A stretch of 64,000 nucleotides of DNA from Candidatus Enterousia sp. (lineage in GTDB: Bacteria; Pseudomonadota; Alphaproteobacteria; Rs-D84). Shown here one piece after another: positions 1-9,915 of the stretch. The notes beneath the pieces are model-generated. The model did no database searches and was not told the DNA's origin. It saw nothing but the letters and a program-made list of their open reading frames with translations. Position 1 is the first letter of the stretch; each line of letters begins with the position of its first letter. The DNA is taken from contig JAZLBQ010000003.1 in assembly GCA_045613785.1 (NCBI GenBank), positions 59,536 to 123,535 of the forward strand. Reading direction: 5' to 3'. Made by a program: the position numbers and the translations under genes.

Positions 1-1
1 T

Positions 2-769
2 GCTGATGAGGTTTATGAAAAATATGGGATGGATTTAAAAAATGTGCCAGCAGAATTGTATGCACGTCAGTTGCATCCTGGAGATATAGAGACTTTTTTG
101 GATAATGTTGAACTGATAGATAGAAATGCGTTAAACGAATTTATTTCGGAATTAAAATATCCGTTGTATTTTTTAGATTATGAGTCAATACAATCTGCAG
201 TGCCGATGTTTGATAATTCTCGTGCTTATCAACAGATTTGTTTTCAATTTTCACTGCATGTTCAGCGAAAGCCTGGGGCAGAGTTGGAACATTTTGAATA
301 TCTGCATGATGTGTCTGGTGCTGACCCTCGTCCGGGGTTGATAAAAAAATTGATAGCGTCCATTGGTAAAGAGGGCTCGGTAATTGTTTATAACAAGTCT
401 TTTGAAAAAACAGCAAATGAAATGATGGCTGTTGATTTTCCAGAATATGCAGATGAATTGCGGGCGATAAATGATAGGGTGGTTGATTTAATGAATCCGT
501 TCAAAGATAGGTTTTTATATCGACCATGTCAGATGGGCAGCTATTCAATAAAGAAGACATTGCCAACCTTTGTGCCGGATATGACATATGAAGGTATGGG
601 GATTTGTAATGGTGGTCAGGCTAGCGAAGAATTTATGGAATTTATGTTAGGACAACAGTCTTCAGAAAAATCAGAAAAGATGATGAAAAATTTACGTGAA
701 TATTGCGGACAGGATACGTTGGCGATGGTTCGCTTGCTGGATGTTGTTCGTGGTCTTATAACTGAATGA
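2..769 (+). CDS. DUF2779 domain-containing protein (5'-truncated by window)
   Basis: Frame open from base 2; YFLDYES, QICFQFSLH, VYNKSFE, VDLM, GSYSIKKTLP and YCGQDT motifs typical of DUF2779 (RNase H-like) proteins. Confidence 0.8.
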   Translation, partial: ADEVYEKYGMDLKNVPAELYARQLHPGDIETFLDNVELIDRNALNEFISELKYPLYFLDYESIQSAVPMFDNSRAYQQICFQFSLHVQRKPGAELEHFEYLHDVSGADPRPGLIKKLIASIGKEGSVIVYNKSFEKTANEMMAVDFPEYADELRAINDRVVDLMNPFKDRFLYRPCQMGSYSIKKTLPTFVPDMTYEGMGICNGGQASEEFMEFMLGQQSSEKSEKMMKNLREYCGQDTLAMVRLLDVVRGLITE

Positions 770-792
770 TTTATCGTTTTGATTGTTTAATG

Positions 793-823
793 AAAAACAG
801 GCACCGAAGTGCCTGTTTTTTTT
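793..823 (+). terminator. Intrinsic terminator
   Basis: AAAAACAGGCAC-CGAA-GTGCCTGTTTTTTTT hairpin plus T tract. Confidence 0.85.
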
Positions 824-840
824 GTATTATGAGTTTTGTC

Positions 841-889
841 TTGATTTAGTTAATGTGATTTAACTATAATAGTTAGGTAGGGTGAATTA
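841..889 (+). promoter_or_regulatory. sigma70 promoter with putative MarR operator
   Basis: TTGATT(841-846)-N18-TATAAT(865-870); palindrome TAGTTAA-N6-TTAACTA (847-866) and a degenerate second copy (870-889). Confidence 0.6.
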
Positions 890-904
890 TTTTGTGGTGG
901 GATT

Positions 905-1300
905 ATGTATGAAGAATTGTTGATGTTTTGTGAAAATGTCTTGAAAAATCGGGCGGTTGTATCGATTCGGCCTAGTGAAGTTCGTTTGTTGATGTTGCTG
1001 GGTAATGCTGGTGGCGTTTGTAATCCTGCGACAATAGCACAGGTGTTGGGAGTTTCAAAACCGATGATAACTGCAAGTTTGGCAAATTTGATTAAATTGG
1101 GGTTGGTGGCCAAAGTTCCGTCGCCAGAAGATGGGCGAAGTGTATTGGTTCTGCCAACGAAAAAAGGTAGCCAGTTGTTGAATGAAATAAAACAAAAAAA
1201 TCAAAACTTTATGGATGATTTGGCTGAAAAAATTGGGCGGAAAAAATTTGATTCTTTTATAAAAACAATTGTGGATCTAAATAATTTGATGAAAAAATAA
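905..1300 (+). CDS. MarR family transcriptional regulator
   Basis: 131 aa winged HTH (IAQVLGVSKPMIT...SPEDGRSVLV). Confidence 0.9.
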   Translation: MYEELLMFCENVLKNRAVVSIRPSEVRLLMLLGNAGGVCNPATIAQVLGVSKPMITASLANLIKLGLVAKVPSPEDGRSVLVLPTKKGSQLLNEIKQKNQNFMDDLAEKIGRKKFDSFIKTIVDLNNLMKK

Positions 1301-1308
1301 GAATTCAT

Positions 1309-1334
1309 ACCCGGCGAAACTTGCCGGGTTTTTT
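1309..1334 (+). terminator. Intrinsic terminator after marR
   Basis: ACCCGGC...GCCGGGT plus T tract. Confidence 0.7.
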
Positions 1335-1349
1335 GATATCTTTTGAGGT

Positions 1350-2102
1350 ATGAAACAAGTTAAAATAAAATGGATTTTTATTCTTTTGGCGATTTCGATT
1401 GTTCTGGTTGGGGGTGTAATTTTACTCAATCTGTGGGTAAATAAACGACCGTTTTTTTATGCTGGAACTTTGGAAACGACTAAGGTTGTTTTGGCGTCTC
1501 GGGTGGCATCAGATGTTGATGATGTTTTCGTTGTGGAAGGCGATGTTGTCCAAAAAGGGCAACCTTTGATGAATTTGTCTTGTGATGCGTATAAAATTTT
1601 GGCACGCCAAATTGATCGTGATTTTGAACGTGCTACGGCATTGTTGCAGCGTGGGCATATTACTGATGTGGAATATGATGTGTTAGTGCGTAATAAACAG
1701 GATAATGACTTGCGATTAGGGTGGTGTTTAGTAAAAAGCCCAATAGATGGTTTGGTTATAACAAAATTTCGTGAGGTAGGTGAAGTTGTCGCACCCGGAA
1801 TGACATTGATTTCTGTGGCAAACCCATATGATATATGGGCGTATTTTTATGTGCCTTATACTGTTTTGCACAAATTAAAGGTTGGACAGAGAGTTGTTGG
1901 AGTTTTGCCAGAAGCCGAAAATATGAGTTTTTCAGGGCGGATTATAAAAATTAGCGAGGAAGCAGAATTTACACCAAAAAATGTCCAGACACGTGATGAA
2001 AGAACACGCTTGGTATATGGAGTCAAGGTTCAGTTTGATAATCCTGAACTGATTTTAAAATCAGGTATGACAATTGAAAGCACGTTGGAACAAGATGAAT
2101 GA
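1350..2102 (+). CDS. HlyD-family efflux periplasmic adaptor (YbhG-like)
   Basis: N-terminal TM, lipoyl halves (VVEGDVVQKGQ, SPIDG), AEFTPKNVQT..ER motif. Confidence 0.9.
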   Translation: MKQVKIKWIFILLAISIVLVGGVILLNLWVNKRPFFYAGTLETTKVVLASRVASDVDDVFVVEGDVVQKGQPLMNLSCDAYKILARQIDRDFERATALLQRGHITDVEYDVLVRNKQDNDLRLGWCLVKSPIDGLVITKFREVGEVVAPGMTLISVANPYDIWAYFYVPYTVLHKLKVGQRVVGVLPEAENMSFSGRIIKISEEAEFTPKNVQTRDERTRLVYGVKVQFDNPELILKSGMTIESTLEQDE

Positions 2103-2847
2103 TGTTGCTATTTTGGTTGATGGTATATCAAAACGCTTTAAAAATATTTTAGCGTTAGATGATGTGTCTGGAAATTTCTCAAATGATAATTTGTATGGTG
2201 TTATTGGGCCTGCAGGGGCAGGAAAAACAACTTTGTTTCGGATAATGATGGAATTGATGCAAGCTAATTCCGGGGTCGTATCTTATTTTGAATATGGTAA
2301 GAAAATTTCATATGCGAATATACAAGAGCGTATTGCTTATATGCCGCAAAGTCAAAGTTTGTATGCAGATTTGTCTGTTGGGGAACATCTGGATTTTTTT
2401 CGTAAATTGTATGGAATTGATGATGCGGAATATTTCAAAAAAAGAAAGGATTTGTTGGGACTGGCTAGGTTGGAAAAATTTGTAGACAGACCAGCAGGTC
2501 AATTGTCAGGAGGAATGTATAAAAAATTGGGGCTGATATGTGCGTTGTTGCGGTCGCCTAGGATTATGTTGCTGGATGAACCGACAAATGGGGTTGATCC
2601 AATTAGTCGGCGTGAATTCTGGGAATTGTTAAATGATGCAAAAAATAGTGGAATTTTAGTCATTATGTCAACGGCTTATATGGACGAAGCTGAACGGTGC
2701 AGCAATGTAATGTTGATGGAGCGTGGACGTGTTTTGGCAACAGGGCAACCAGATGAATTGCTGAAAAAATATAACAGCCGAAATTTTGATGAACTGTTTT
2801 TTAAGCGGGGGCAACAGATATATGAAAAAGAAAATCGTAGAAGTTAA
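2095..2847 (+). CDS. ABC transporter ATP-binding protein (YbhF N-half-like)
   Basis: Walker A GPAGAGKTT, LSGGM, LLDEPT. Confidence 0.9.
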   Translation: MNDVAILVDGISKRFKNILALDDVSGNFSNDNLYGVIGPAGAGKTTLFRIMMELMQANSGVVSYFEYGKKISYANIQERIAYMPQSQSLYADLSVGEHLDFFRKLYGIDDAEYFKKRKDLLGLARLEKFVDRPAGQLSGGMYKKLGLICALLRSPRIMLLDEPTNGVDPISRREFWELLNDAKNSGILVIMSTAYMDEAERCSNVMLMERGRVLATGQPDELLKKYNSRNFDELFFKRGQQIYEKENRRS

Positions 2848-3733
2848 AAATATGTCTGTTAAATTTGGAGATTTTGTTGCTGTGGACGATGTTTCTTTTG
2901 AGATCGGACGTGGAGAGATTTTTGGATTTTTAGGTGCTAATGGAGCAGGAAAAACAACAACTATAAGGGTGCTGTGTGGTTTGCTGCCTGCAACAAGTGG
3001 CGTCGTGTTTGTCGATGGTGTGCGATTTGTGTCTGGACAGGAAAACAAGATAAAAGAAAAGGTTGGGTATATGTCTCAACGTTTTACGTTGTATAATGAT
3101 TTGTCTGTAAAAGAAAATTTTGATTTTGCCGCTGATTTACGTGATATGAATTCAAGGCAATATCTGAATAATCGTGAACGATTATTAAATTTTATTGGTT
3201 TTGATAGGCGATTAAATGTCTTGGTAAAAGATTTGCCAGGTGGAATAAAACAAGAAGTTGCATTGTGTGTTGCGTTGATTCATCAACCTTTGATTGTGTT
3301 TCTTGATGAGCCGACTGCTGGTGTCGCACCAACCGCAAGATTACGGTTTTGGCAATTGATAAAAGAATTGGCTAGGTCTGGAATCACAGTGTTTGTAACA
3401 ACACATTATATGGACGAAGCAGAAAATTGTTCAAGAATTGCGTTGATGAAAGATGGGCGATTGATTGCAATAGATAGTCCAGATGCGTTAAAGAAAAATA
3501 CATTTGATGGAGATTTGTTTTCTTTGCGTCAAAAACGAAAAAATCCTTGTCGGCCGTTGCCAGATGTGGTGGATGTTTGGCAGCCGTATGGTGCGAATTT
3601 TCATTTGCGTTTTCGTGATGGTGTTGATGTGGCAGAGCAATTGCGTCGCTTGAAGCAGGACTGGGAAATTAGCCAGATTACACCGTCACTAGAAGATGTG
3701 TTTATTAAATTGGTCGAAGGAAAAAGTAAATGA
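2822..3733 (+). CDS. ABC transporter ATP-binding protein (YbhF C-half-like)
   Basis: GANGAGKTT, FLDEPT, TTHYMDEAE, PSLEDVF. Confidence 0.9.
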   Translation: MKKKIVEVKNMSVKFGDFVAVDDVSFEIGRGEIFGFLGANGAGKTTTIRVLCGLLPATSGVVFVDGVRFVSGQENKIKEKVGYMSQRFTLYNDLSVKENFDFAADLRDMNSRQYLNNRERLLNFIGFDRRLNVLVKDLPGGIKQEVALCVALIHQPLIVFLDEPTAGVAPTARLRFWQLIKELARSGITVFVTTHYMDEAENCSRIALMKDGRLIAIDSPDALKKNTFDGDLFSLRQKRKNPCRPLPDVVDVWQPYGANFHLRFRDGVDVAEQLRRLKQDWEISQITPSLEDVFIKLVEGKSK

Positions 3734-4854
3734 AAATATTTTCTTGGCAGCGGAGTTGGGCCATCTTTGTCAAAGAGTTTAAGCACATAGTGCGTGATCC
3801 TTTTACGTTGATAATGGCGTTAGTTTTACCTTTGCTGATTGTTTTGATTTTGGGAACTTCTATTGAATTTAATGTTAAATCAATCAATATGGGGGTTGTC
3901 GATACTGATAAATCAATGGCGTCTAGAAAGTTGATAGAAACTTTTGATAGTTCTGGGTATTTTAAATCTTATGATGTAATGCAGGCCGATGACGCAATAG
4001 ATGATATGGTGGATGGTCTGTCCCGTGTGGCGATTGTTGTGCCACAGAATTTTGAGCATGATTTATTCGCACGTAATTCAGCAAATGTTCAAATATTAGT
4101 TGATGGAACAGAAAGTTCGTCAATAATGTCGGTGATGAACTGTTTGAATACGGTGAATCAAAAGGCTTATTTCAAAATAAATGATGTGCCAGCACAGGCG
4201 TTATCGCAGGGGATAACATATAAAGTGCGTTATTTGTTTAATCCAGAGTTAAATTCTCGTTGGTTTGCTGTGCCAGGATTGGCTGCTGTTATTATTGCAT
4301 TGGTGGCGATAATGCTGACGGCATTGACGATATGCAGAGAGTGGGAGCGTGGCTCTATGGAGATGTTGTTGTCCACACCTGCTAGTCGGTTAGATATTAT
4401 TTTGGGCAAAGTTGTGCCGTATGCAATTATTAGTTTTATTGGTTTTGTGTTGGTGTTCTTGGTCGCTAGGGTTGTTTTTAATGTTCCGTTTGTTGGTTCT
4501 TGTTGGCAAATGGTTTTTGGTAGTTGGTTGTTTATCTTGGGATACTTGGCAATTGGATTGTTGATATCTGTTTCAACTAAAAAACAAGAGGTCGCAATTC
4601 AATATGCTGCGATAATTGGTTTGCTGCCAACCGTAATTTTGTCGGGGTTTGTTTTCCCAATAGAGTATATGAATTCGGGATATCGATATGTGTCGGCCTT
4701 GTTTCCTGCTAGGTTTTATATGGATATAACTCGTGATCAATTTTTGAAGGGTAGTTTGTTTGTTGATATTTGGTGGTTGTATGCAGTGTTAGCATTGCAG
4801 GCGTTTGTTGTTTTAATTCTTTGTGTTTTTAGATTCAAAAGGTCGCTGGAATGA
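3730..4854 (+). CDS. ABC-2 type permease (YbhS-like)
   Basis: KEFKHIVRD, FNPELNS, REWERGSME, multiple TMs. Confidence 0.9.
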   Translation: MKIFSWQRSWAIFVKEFKHIVRDPFTLIMALVLPLLIVLILGTSIEFNVKSINMGVVDTDKSMASRKLIETFDSSGYFKSYDVMQADDAIDDMVDGLSRVAIVVPQNFEHDLFARNSANVQILVDGTESSSIMSVMNCLNTVNQKAYFKINDVPAQALSQGITYKVRYLFNPELNSRWFAVPGLAAVIIALVAIMLTALTICREWERGSMEMLLSTPASRLDIILGKVVPYAIISFIGFVLVFLVARVVFNVPFVGSCWQMVFGSWLFILGYLAIGLLISVSTKKQEVAIQYAAIIGLLPTVILSGFVFPIEYMNSGYRYVSALFPARFYMDITRDQFLKGSLFVDIWWLYAVLALQAFVVLILCVFRFKRSLE

Positions 4855-5951
4855 AATGGAAGGTTTTGCGTGGCTTTTTTAAGAAGGAAATTGTTGCCTT
4901 GATACGGGATCCTGTTCTGACTGTGGCGATTTTGATTATGCCAGTGGTTCAGATGGTGCTGTTGGCTGGTGCAATCACATTTCAGGCAAATAATTTGCGA
5001 TTGGTAATGAAAAGTGCACCTAATGATGTTGTTGCAGAGCGTATTTATAATCGTGCAATTGGTTCAGGTTTTTTTGTCGATGCAGCTGCAGATGAAAATA
5101 AAAATCCTGTAGATCTAGTTCAGGTCGGGGTGGCAGATGTTGCAATTGTTGTCCCAGAAGGCGGTTTGACACGCAGTTTAGTTCGTGGTAATGCAGAAAT
5201 TCAAATCTTGATAGATTCTATGAATATATTAAAAGCACATAGCATAGAGGCTTATTTGCGGTCGATTATATCGATGGTTTTGTTGGATTTGTCGGATGTT
5301 GTGCTTGAAAGACCGATTGGATTTAATGTGCGTGTGCTGTTTAATCCGCAGTTGAATACAAAGTTTTTTATGGTGCCATCTATGGTGGCAATCTTGGTGT
5401 TTTTGTCGCTGTTGATTTTGATATCCGTTTCAATTGCTAAGGAAAAAGAAACTGGAACAATAGAAACGCTGATTTCTGCCCCAGTATCAAAGTATGATAT
5501 TGTGGCAGGTAAAGTGCTGCCTTTTGTTGTCGTGTCGTTTGTTGTTATGTTGTTGATGGTTGTTGTGGGGTGGTGGGTGTTTCGTATTCCGTTTGTTGGT
5601 TCTCAATTTATGTTTTTGTTAGCATTCTTGGCTTTTTGTGTTCCTGCATGTGCTGTTGGAGTCTGGTTAGCGACTTGGACAAAAACTCAACAACAGGCAA
5701 TGTTGGGGTTGATTATTGTGGCTTTTGTATCGCTGATGCTGTCGGGGGCGATTATTTCAGTGGAAAATATGCCTGTTGTATTGCGTTGGATAAGTTATAT
5801 AAATCCATTAAGTCATTATGCGTATCTGGTGCGAAATATAATGTTAAAGGGACCTGATTGGATTTATTTTGCTAAACACGCAGGGGTTATGTTTGGGGTT
5901 GGTGTTGTGATTTGGGGAATCGCATTGCGACGCTTTAAGACAACAATCTAG
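4851..5951 (+). CDS. ABC-2 type permease (YbhR-like)
   Basis: FNPQLN, KEKETGTIE, multiple TMs. Confidence 0.9.
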   Translation: MKWKVLRGFFKKEIVALIRDPVLTVAILIMPVVQMVLLAGAITFQANNLRLVMKSAPNDVVAERIYNRAIGSGFFVDAAADENKNPVDLVQVGVADVAIVVPEGGLTRSLVRGNAEIQILIDSMNILKAHSIEAYLRSIISMVLLDLSDVVLERPIGFNVRVLFNPQLNTKFFMVPSMVAILVFLSLLILISVSIAKEKETGTIETLISAPVSKYDIVAGKVLPFVVVSFVVMLLMVVVGWWVFRIPFVGSQFMFLLAFLAFCVPACAVGVWLATWTKTQQQAMLGLIIVAFVSLMLSGAIISVENMPVVLRWISYINPLSHYAYLVRNIMLKGPDWIYFAKHAGVMFGVGVVIWGIALRRFKTTI

Positions 5952-5970
5952 AAAAAAGGGGTGAAGAGTG

Positions 5971-7239
5971 ATGAGAATAATGTTTTTTACTTTGTTGCTG
6001 TGGTTTGTTGCTGTGCCTGGAAGGGCAGATGTTTATATGGCCTTGCGGGCAGTCTATGAAGATAATCCAGTAATTGCCCAGGAACGAGAAAAGGTAAATG
6101 CTGCAATGGCTCAACTGGATTTGGCAAAAACAAATTTGCGGCCATATTTGGGATTGGCAGGTAATGTCGGGGTGGCTCATACAGATGTGTTGGGGTATTC
6201 GTTTGGATATGCTCCGATGGAATATGGGGTGGAATTTCAGCAAAATGTATTTCAGGGTGGGGCAATGTTTGCACAAATAAGGGCAGCAGATGCTATGTTG
6301 GCGGCGGCAAATGCAAATCTGTATGCGGTTCAGCAAGAAGTTTTTTTAGATGCGATAAATGCATATATAGAGGTTTTGAATGCTAAGGCGGTTCTAGATT
6401 TAAACGAAAATAATAATCGAGTGTTGGCACAATACTATGATTTTGTAAAAGATGGGCAAGTTGTTGGACGCTTGACTAAGACAGATGTGTCGCAGGCGGC
6501 AGCACGATTGGAAATGGCACGCTATCATTTGACAGATGCTAATGCACAATATGATAACGCAACTGAAAGATTTTTTAGAATTTGTGGATATAAGGAAAAC
6601 AATTATAAAAAAATCGACGTTGATGTCGTTCGGGACTTGTTTCCAGATACGGTTGATGTAGCCCAGGATTACGCATTGCGATTTCATCCTGTTTTGATTG
6701 CACTGGCAGAACAAGAAACGGCAGTAAAAGAAAGCAAGACGGTTGCACGCAGTTCTATGATGCCGTCAATTGATGTGCGTGGTGCAGTAAGTCGAATTGA
6801 TAACGTTCCGTTCCTGGATGACATTACAGATAGTCGGGTTGGTGTTTATTTAAAAGTGCCATTGTATGACAAGGGGAATGCGCTGGCAAATACTTTAAAA
6901 GTGCGGGCAAGTGTTGCAAATGTTCAGGAACAGACTGTAAATGCCCGTCGGGTCATAGTTGAAAATTTACGTAGTGCGTGGAATATGTATCAGGCACAAA
7001 AATCGGCTATTGATGCGACGGCGGCCAGTGTTCGTGCAAATGAATTGGCGTTGTCTGGAATTCAGGACGAGCAACGTCGTGGACGAAGAACTGTGCTGGA
7101 TGTGTTGAATGCAGAACAAGAACTATTAAATTCACGTGTGGCACATACTCGGGCTAAATACGCACAGGTGTCAGCGTTCTTTGCTGTTTTGGCGGCGATG
7201 GGAAAGTTGAGCCCAGAAAATTTGGGAATCGATGAATAA
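5971..7239 (+). CDS. TolC family outer membrane efflux protein
   Basis: Signal peptide, duplicated OEP helical repeats, GRRTVLDVLNAEQE motif. Confidence 0.9.
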   Translation: MRIMFFTLLLWFVAVPGRADVYMALRAVYEDNPVIAQEREKVNAAMAQLDLAKTNLRPYLGLAGNVGVAHTDVLGYSFGYAPMEYGVEFQQNVFQGGAMFAQIRAADAMLAAANANLYAVQQEVFLDAINAYIEVLNAKAVLDLNENNNRVLAQYYDFVKDGQVVGRLTKTDVSQAAARLEMARYHLTDANAQYDNATERFFRICGYKENNYKKIDVDVVRDLFPDTVDVAQDYALRFHPVLIALAEQETAVKESKTVARSSMMPSIDVRGAVSRIDNVPFLDDITDSRVGVYLKVPLYDKGNALANTLKVRASVANVQEQTVNARRVIVENLRSAWNMYQAQKSAIDATAASVRANELALSGIQDEQRRGRRTVLDVLNAEQELLNSRVAHTRAKYAQVSAFFAVLAAMGKLSPENLGIDE

Positions 7240-7300
7240 AAGCTGTTTTGTGTTGTTCGGGCTTGATATTTTTTATTTTTAGTGTAAAATAGACGGCGTT

Positions 7301-7377
7301 GCGCCCTTAGCTCAGCTGGATAGAGCATCAGATTTCTAATCTGCAGGTCACAGGTTCGAATCCTGTAGGGCGTGCCA
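7301..7377 (+). tRNA. tRNA-Arg(TCT)
   Basis: GCGCCCTTAGCTCAGCTGGATAGAGCA...anticodon loop TTTCTAA...GGTTCGAATCC...GCCA; upstream TTGATA-N16-TAAAAT; downstream hairpin 7379-7414. Confidence 0.95.
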
Positions 7378-7453
7378 GAATTAAAACCGTCCGTCAGGAC
7401 GGTTTAATTTTTTTATTGTTTTGAGAAGGCTTTTTTTGTGATATTATTAAAAG

Positions 7454-8041
7454 ATGTTTGTGGGATTGGTTATCTTAGTTTTTGCTTTAATCGGGCTGGA
7501 ATTTTATTTGATTTTCCGCTTGGTTGAACATTGGTGGTGTTTAATTATAAAAAAACAAATTCCATATATGGCTAGTGATAAAAAATTAAGGCGTGCAGTC
7601 GCAAGTTATATTCAAACATATTGCCCAAATGCAAAGTCAGTATGTGAAATAGGTGCCGGGTATGGTTGGTTGGCACGATACGTTGGACGGTGTTGTAATA
7701 TACCGGTAGTGGCGTTGGAAAATATGCCGTTTACGTTCTTTTTGGCAAAGTTATTTCAAATTTTTCCAGGTGGACGATGGGTGTCGTGGGTGCGGTGTGA
7801 TGCGTTCGATTATCTGAAAAATTATAAGAAAAAGTTTGATGTCGGAATTGCTTATTTGGGGCCGGTGGTAAATGACAGGTTGGTTGATGTCTTGGACAAG
7901 TTCGGAGTTCTGATTGTTTTAGATGTTCCTATTACTGGTAAAAAGCCTTTTCAAGTAGTTGATTTGGGGGCTGGCTGCACACGATATGGTCGGTTAAAGT
8001 TTCCGCATAAGTTGTTTGTTTATAAAAAAATAATTTCTTGA
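7454..8041 (+). CDS. Membrane-anchored class I SAM-dependent methyltransferase
   Basis: N-terminal TM; EIGAGYG motif I. Confidence 0.7.
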   Translation: MFVGLVILVFALIGLEFYLIFRLVEHWWCLIIKKQIPYMASDKKLRRAVASYIQTYCPNAKSVCEIGAGYGWLARYVGRCCNIPVVALENMPFTFFLAKLFQIFPGGRWVSWVRCDAFDYLKNYKKKFDVGIAYLGPVVNDRLVDVLDKFGVLIVLDVPITGKKPFQVVDLGAGCTRYGRLKFPHKLFVYKKIIS

Positions 8042-8128
8042 TTATGTTGCTGAATTTTTTAGGCAATCCTTCCTGTTGGGGTGGTTAGCTGTTTGTGATA
8101 CAGTTTTCACAAAAGGAGAGAGAAAGTT

Positions 8129-8602
8129 ATGAAAAAATTTTGGTTATTTGTTTGGGCGATTTTTATTTCGTTTATTCCAGGAATTGTTGGGGTGGCTTTC
8201 ACGCCTAGCCACAGTAATGATATTTGGTATAATTCGCTAAATAATTCAGCACTGACCCCAGATGGTTGGGTCTTTGGTGTGGCGTGGACGATTTTATATA
8301 CTTTGTTAGGTATTGCGTTGTTCTTGGTTATGAATAATGCACGCTCTAAGCAGAATAAGTCAAAGGCATATATTTTGTTCGCTGCACAGATGGGATTGAA
8401 TCTGTTGTGGACTTATTTGTTCTTTGGCTTGAACTTTATTGGTGCGGCGTTGTTGTGTTTGGTCGCTTTGATTGTCATTTCTATTTGGATGGCAAATGTT
8501 TTCAAAACAATCAGTCGGCCAGCGTATTATTTAATATGGCCATATGTTGCGTGGTTGTTATTTGCATTGTATTTGAACGGAACCATTATGGTGTTGAATT
8601 AA
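8129..8602 (+). CDS. tspO: TspO/MBR family protein
   Basis: WY..L..S.LTPDGWVFGVAWTILY, LNLLWTYLFF, PYVAWLLFA. Confidence 0.92.
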   Translation: MKKFWLFVWAIFISFIPGIVGVAFTPSHSNDIWYNSLNNSALTPDGWVFGVAWTILYTLLGIALFLVMNNARSKQNKSKAYILFAAQMGLNLLWTYLFFGLNFIGAALLCLVALIVISIWMANVFKTISRPAYYLIWPYVAWLLFALYLNGTIMVLN

Positions 8603-8624
8603 AAAAAATCCCCCGATCGGGGGA

Positions 8625-8951
8625 TTAAATTTTTAAGATTTTTGTTTTAGGACCGCCTACGTTTAGGTATTTAAGCCCCAGTTCTTCGACGTAATCTGGA
8701 CTGTAATTTTGCAACAGGCGTATGTGACTATTTAGTTCGTCTAAGGTCTTTTGTTCCATTGCCAGTTGCTTGGAATCTTGGGATGCGTTCCAGATGTTTA
8801 AGCCAAAACGCTGTAAACTTACGTCGCCCCAGAACATTCCAATAAACATAAATATTGCAAACAGGGCAAAAAATACGCCCAGTTTCCCACGGGTGCTGCC
8901 TGACCAGGCCCGGCCAAGAAAGCTAAATAAATTTTTGATTTTTCCTTTCAT
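8625..8951 (-). CDS. Septum formation initiator family protein (FtsB/DivIC-like)
   Basis: Single TM then coiled coil, PDYVEELG..YL motif; start chosen from a TATAAT 7 nt upstream (ATG 8960 is an alternative). Confidence 0.65.
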   Translation of the reverse strand: MKGKIKNLFSFLGRAWSGSTRGKLGVFFALFAIFMFIGMFWGDVSLQRFGLNIWNASQDSKQLAMEQKTLDELNSHIRLLQNYSPDYVEELGLKYLNVGGPKTKILKI

Positions 8952-8970
8952 AGGTGGCATTATATCATAA

Positions 8971-9882
8971 ATGTTTACCAAGAATCAAATTTTTGCTGCA
9001 CCGCTTGCTGGGATTACTGATCTGCCGTTTCGTCGGACGGTGCGAATGTTCTCGCCAGACGCACCAATGGTGACCGAGATGATTTCTTGTCATTCGTTGG
9101 TTGGTGGGCATAAGAACTGTTTACGTAATTTCGATAATTATGTCCAGGAAGGTAATGTTGGAGCTCAGATATTTGGGGCTGATGTTGCATTGATGGCAGA
9201 TGCTGCACGGATTTTGCAAGATGCAGGTGCAAAGTGGATTGATATAAATATGGGGTGTCCTGTGCCAAAGGTTGCAACCAGGGCGGGAGCAGGGGCACAC
9301 TTGATGCAGGACCATAAGTTAGCCGCCAAGATTATGACGGCTGTCGTTGGGGCAGTGCAGATTCCTGTATCGATAAAAACACGATTAGGTTGGGATAATG
9401 AACATCAAGACTGGGCAACGCTGATTGATATTGCAGCGGATTGTGGTGTGCAGTTTGCCGCATTGCACGGACGCACTCGGGCACAGTTATATTTGGGAAA
9501 TGCTGTGCATCCTGATGTGTCAAAATGCAAAATACCTGTAATTGCAAATGGTGATATAAAGACTGCTGATGATCTGTTAGGACTTGATGAGTTAGGTTAT
9601 GCAGGGGTGATGATTGGTCGTGGTTTGCTGGGGCGGCCGTGGGCACTAGAACAGATTTTAGGGCACAAACCGCCAGAAAATGTTGGCGAAATTGCTTTGC
9701 AACATTTGGAATATGCAATCGAATACTATGGGGAAAAAACGGCCATTCCAATGTTTAGAAAACATGCTGCGTGGTATAGTGCAGGTATGCATAATTCGTC
9801 TGAATTTAGAATTAAAGTCAATGGAATTGATAGGGCCGATGTCTTAAAGGTTGCAATTCAAGAATTTTGGGGTATGATTTAG
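8971..9882 (+). CDS. dusB: tRNA-dihydrouridine synthase
   Basis: APLAGITD, IDINMGCP, HGRTR, ANGDI, GVMIGRG. Confidence 0.9.
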   Translation: MFTKNQIFAAPLAGITDLPFRRTVRMFSPDAPMVTEMISCHSLVGGHKNCLRNFDNYVQEGNVGAQIFGADVALMADAARILQDAGAKWIDINMGCPVPKVATRAGAGAHLMQDHKLAAKIMTAVVGAVQIPVSIKTRLGWDNEHQDWATLIDIAADCGVQFAALHGRTRAQLYLGNAVHPDVSKCKIPVIANGDIKTADDLLGLDELGYAGVMIGRGLLGRPWALEQILGHKPPENVGEIALQHLEYAIEYYGEKTAIPMFRKHAAWYSAGMHNSSEFRIKVNGIDRADVLKVAIQEFWGMI

Positions 9883-9915
9883 AGAACGTTTAATACACTT
9901 AGGGGATTGTGAAAT

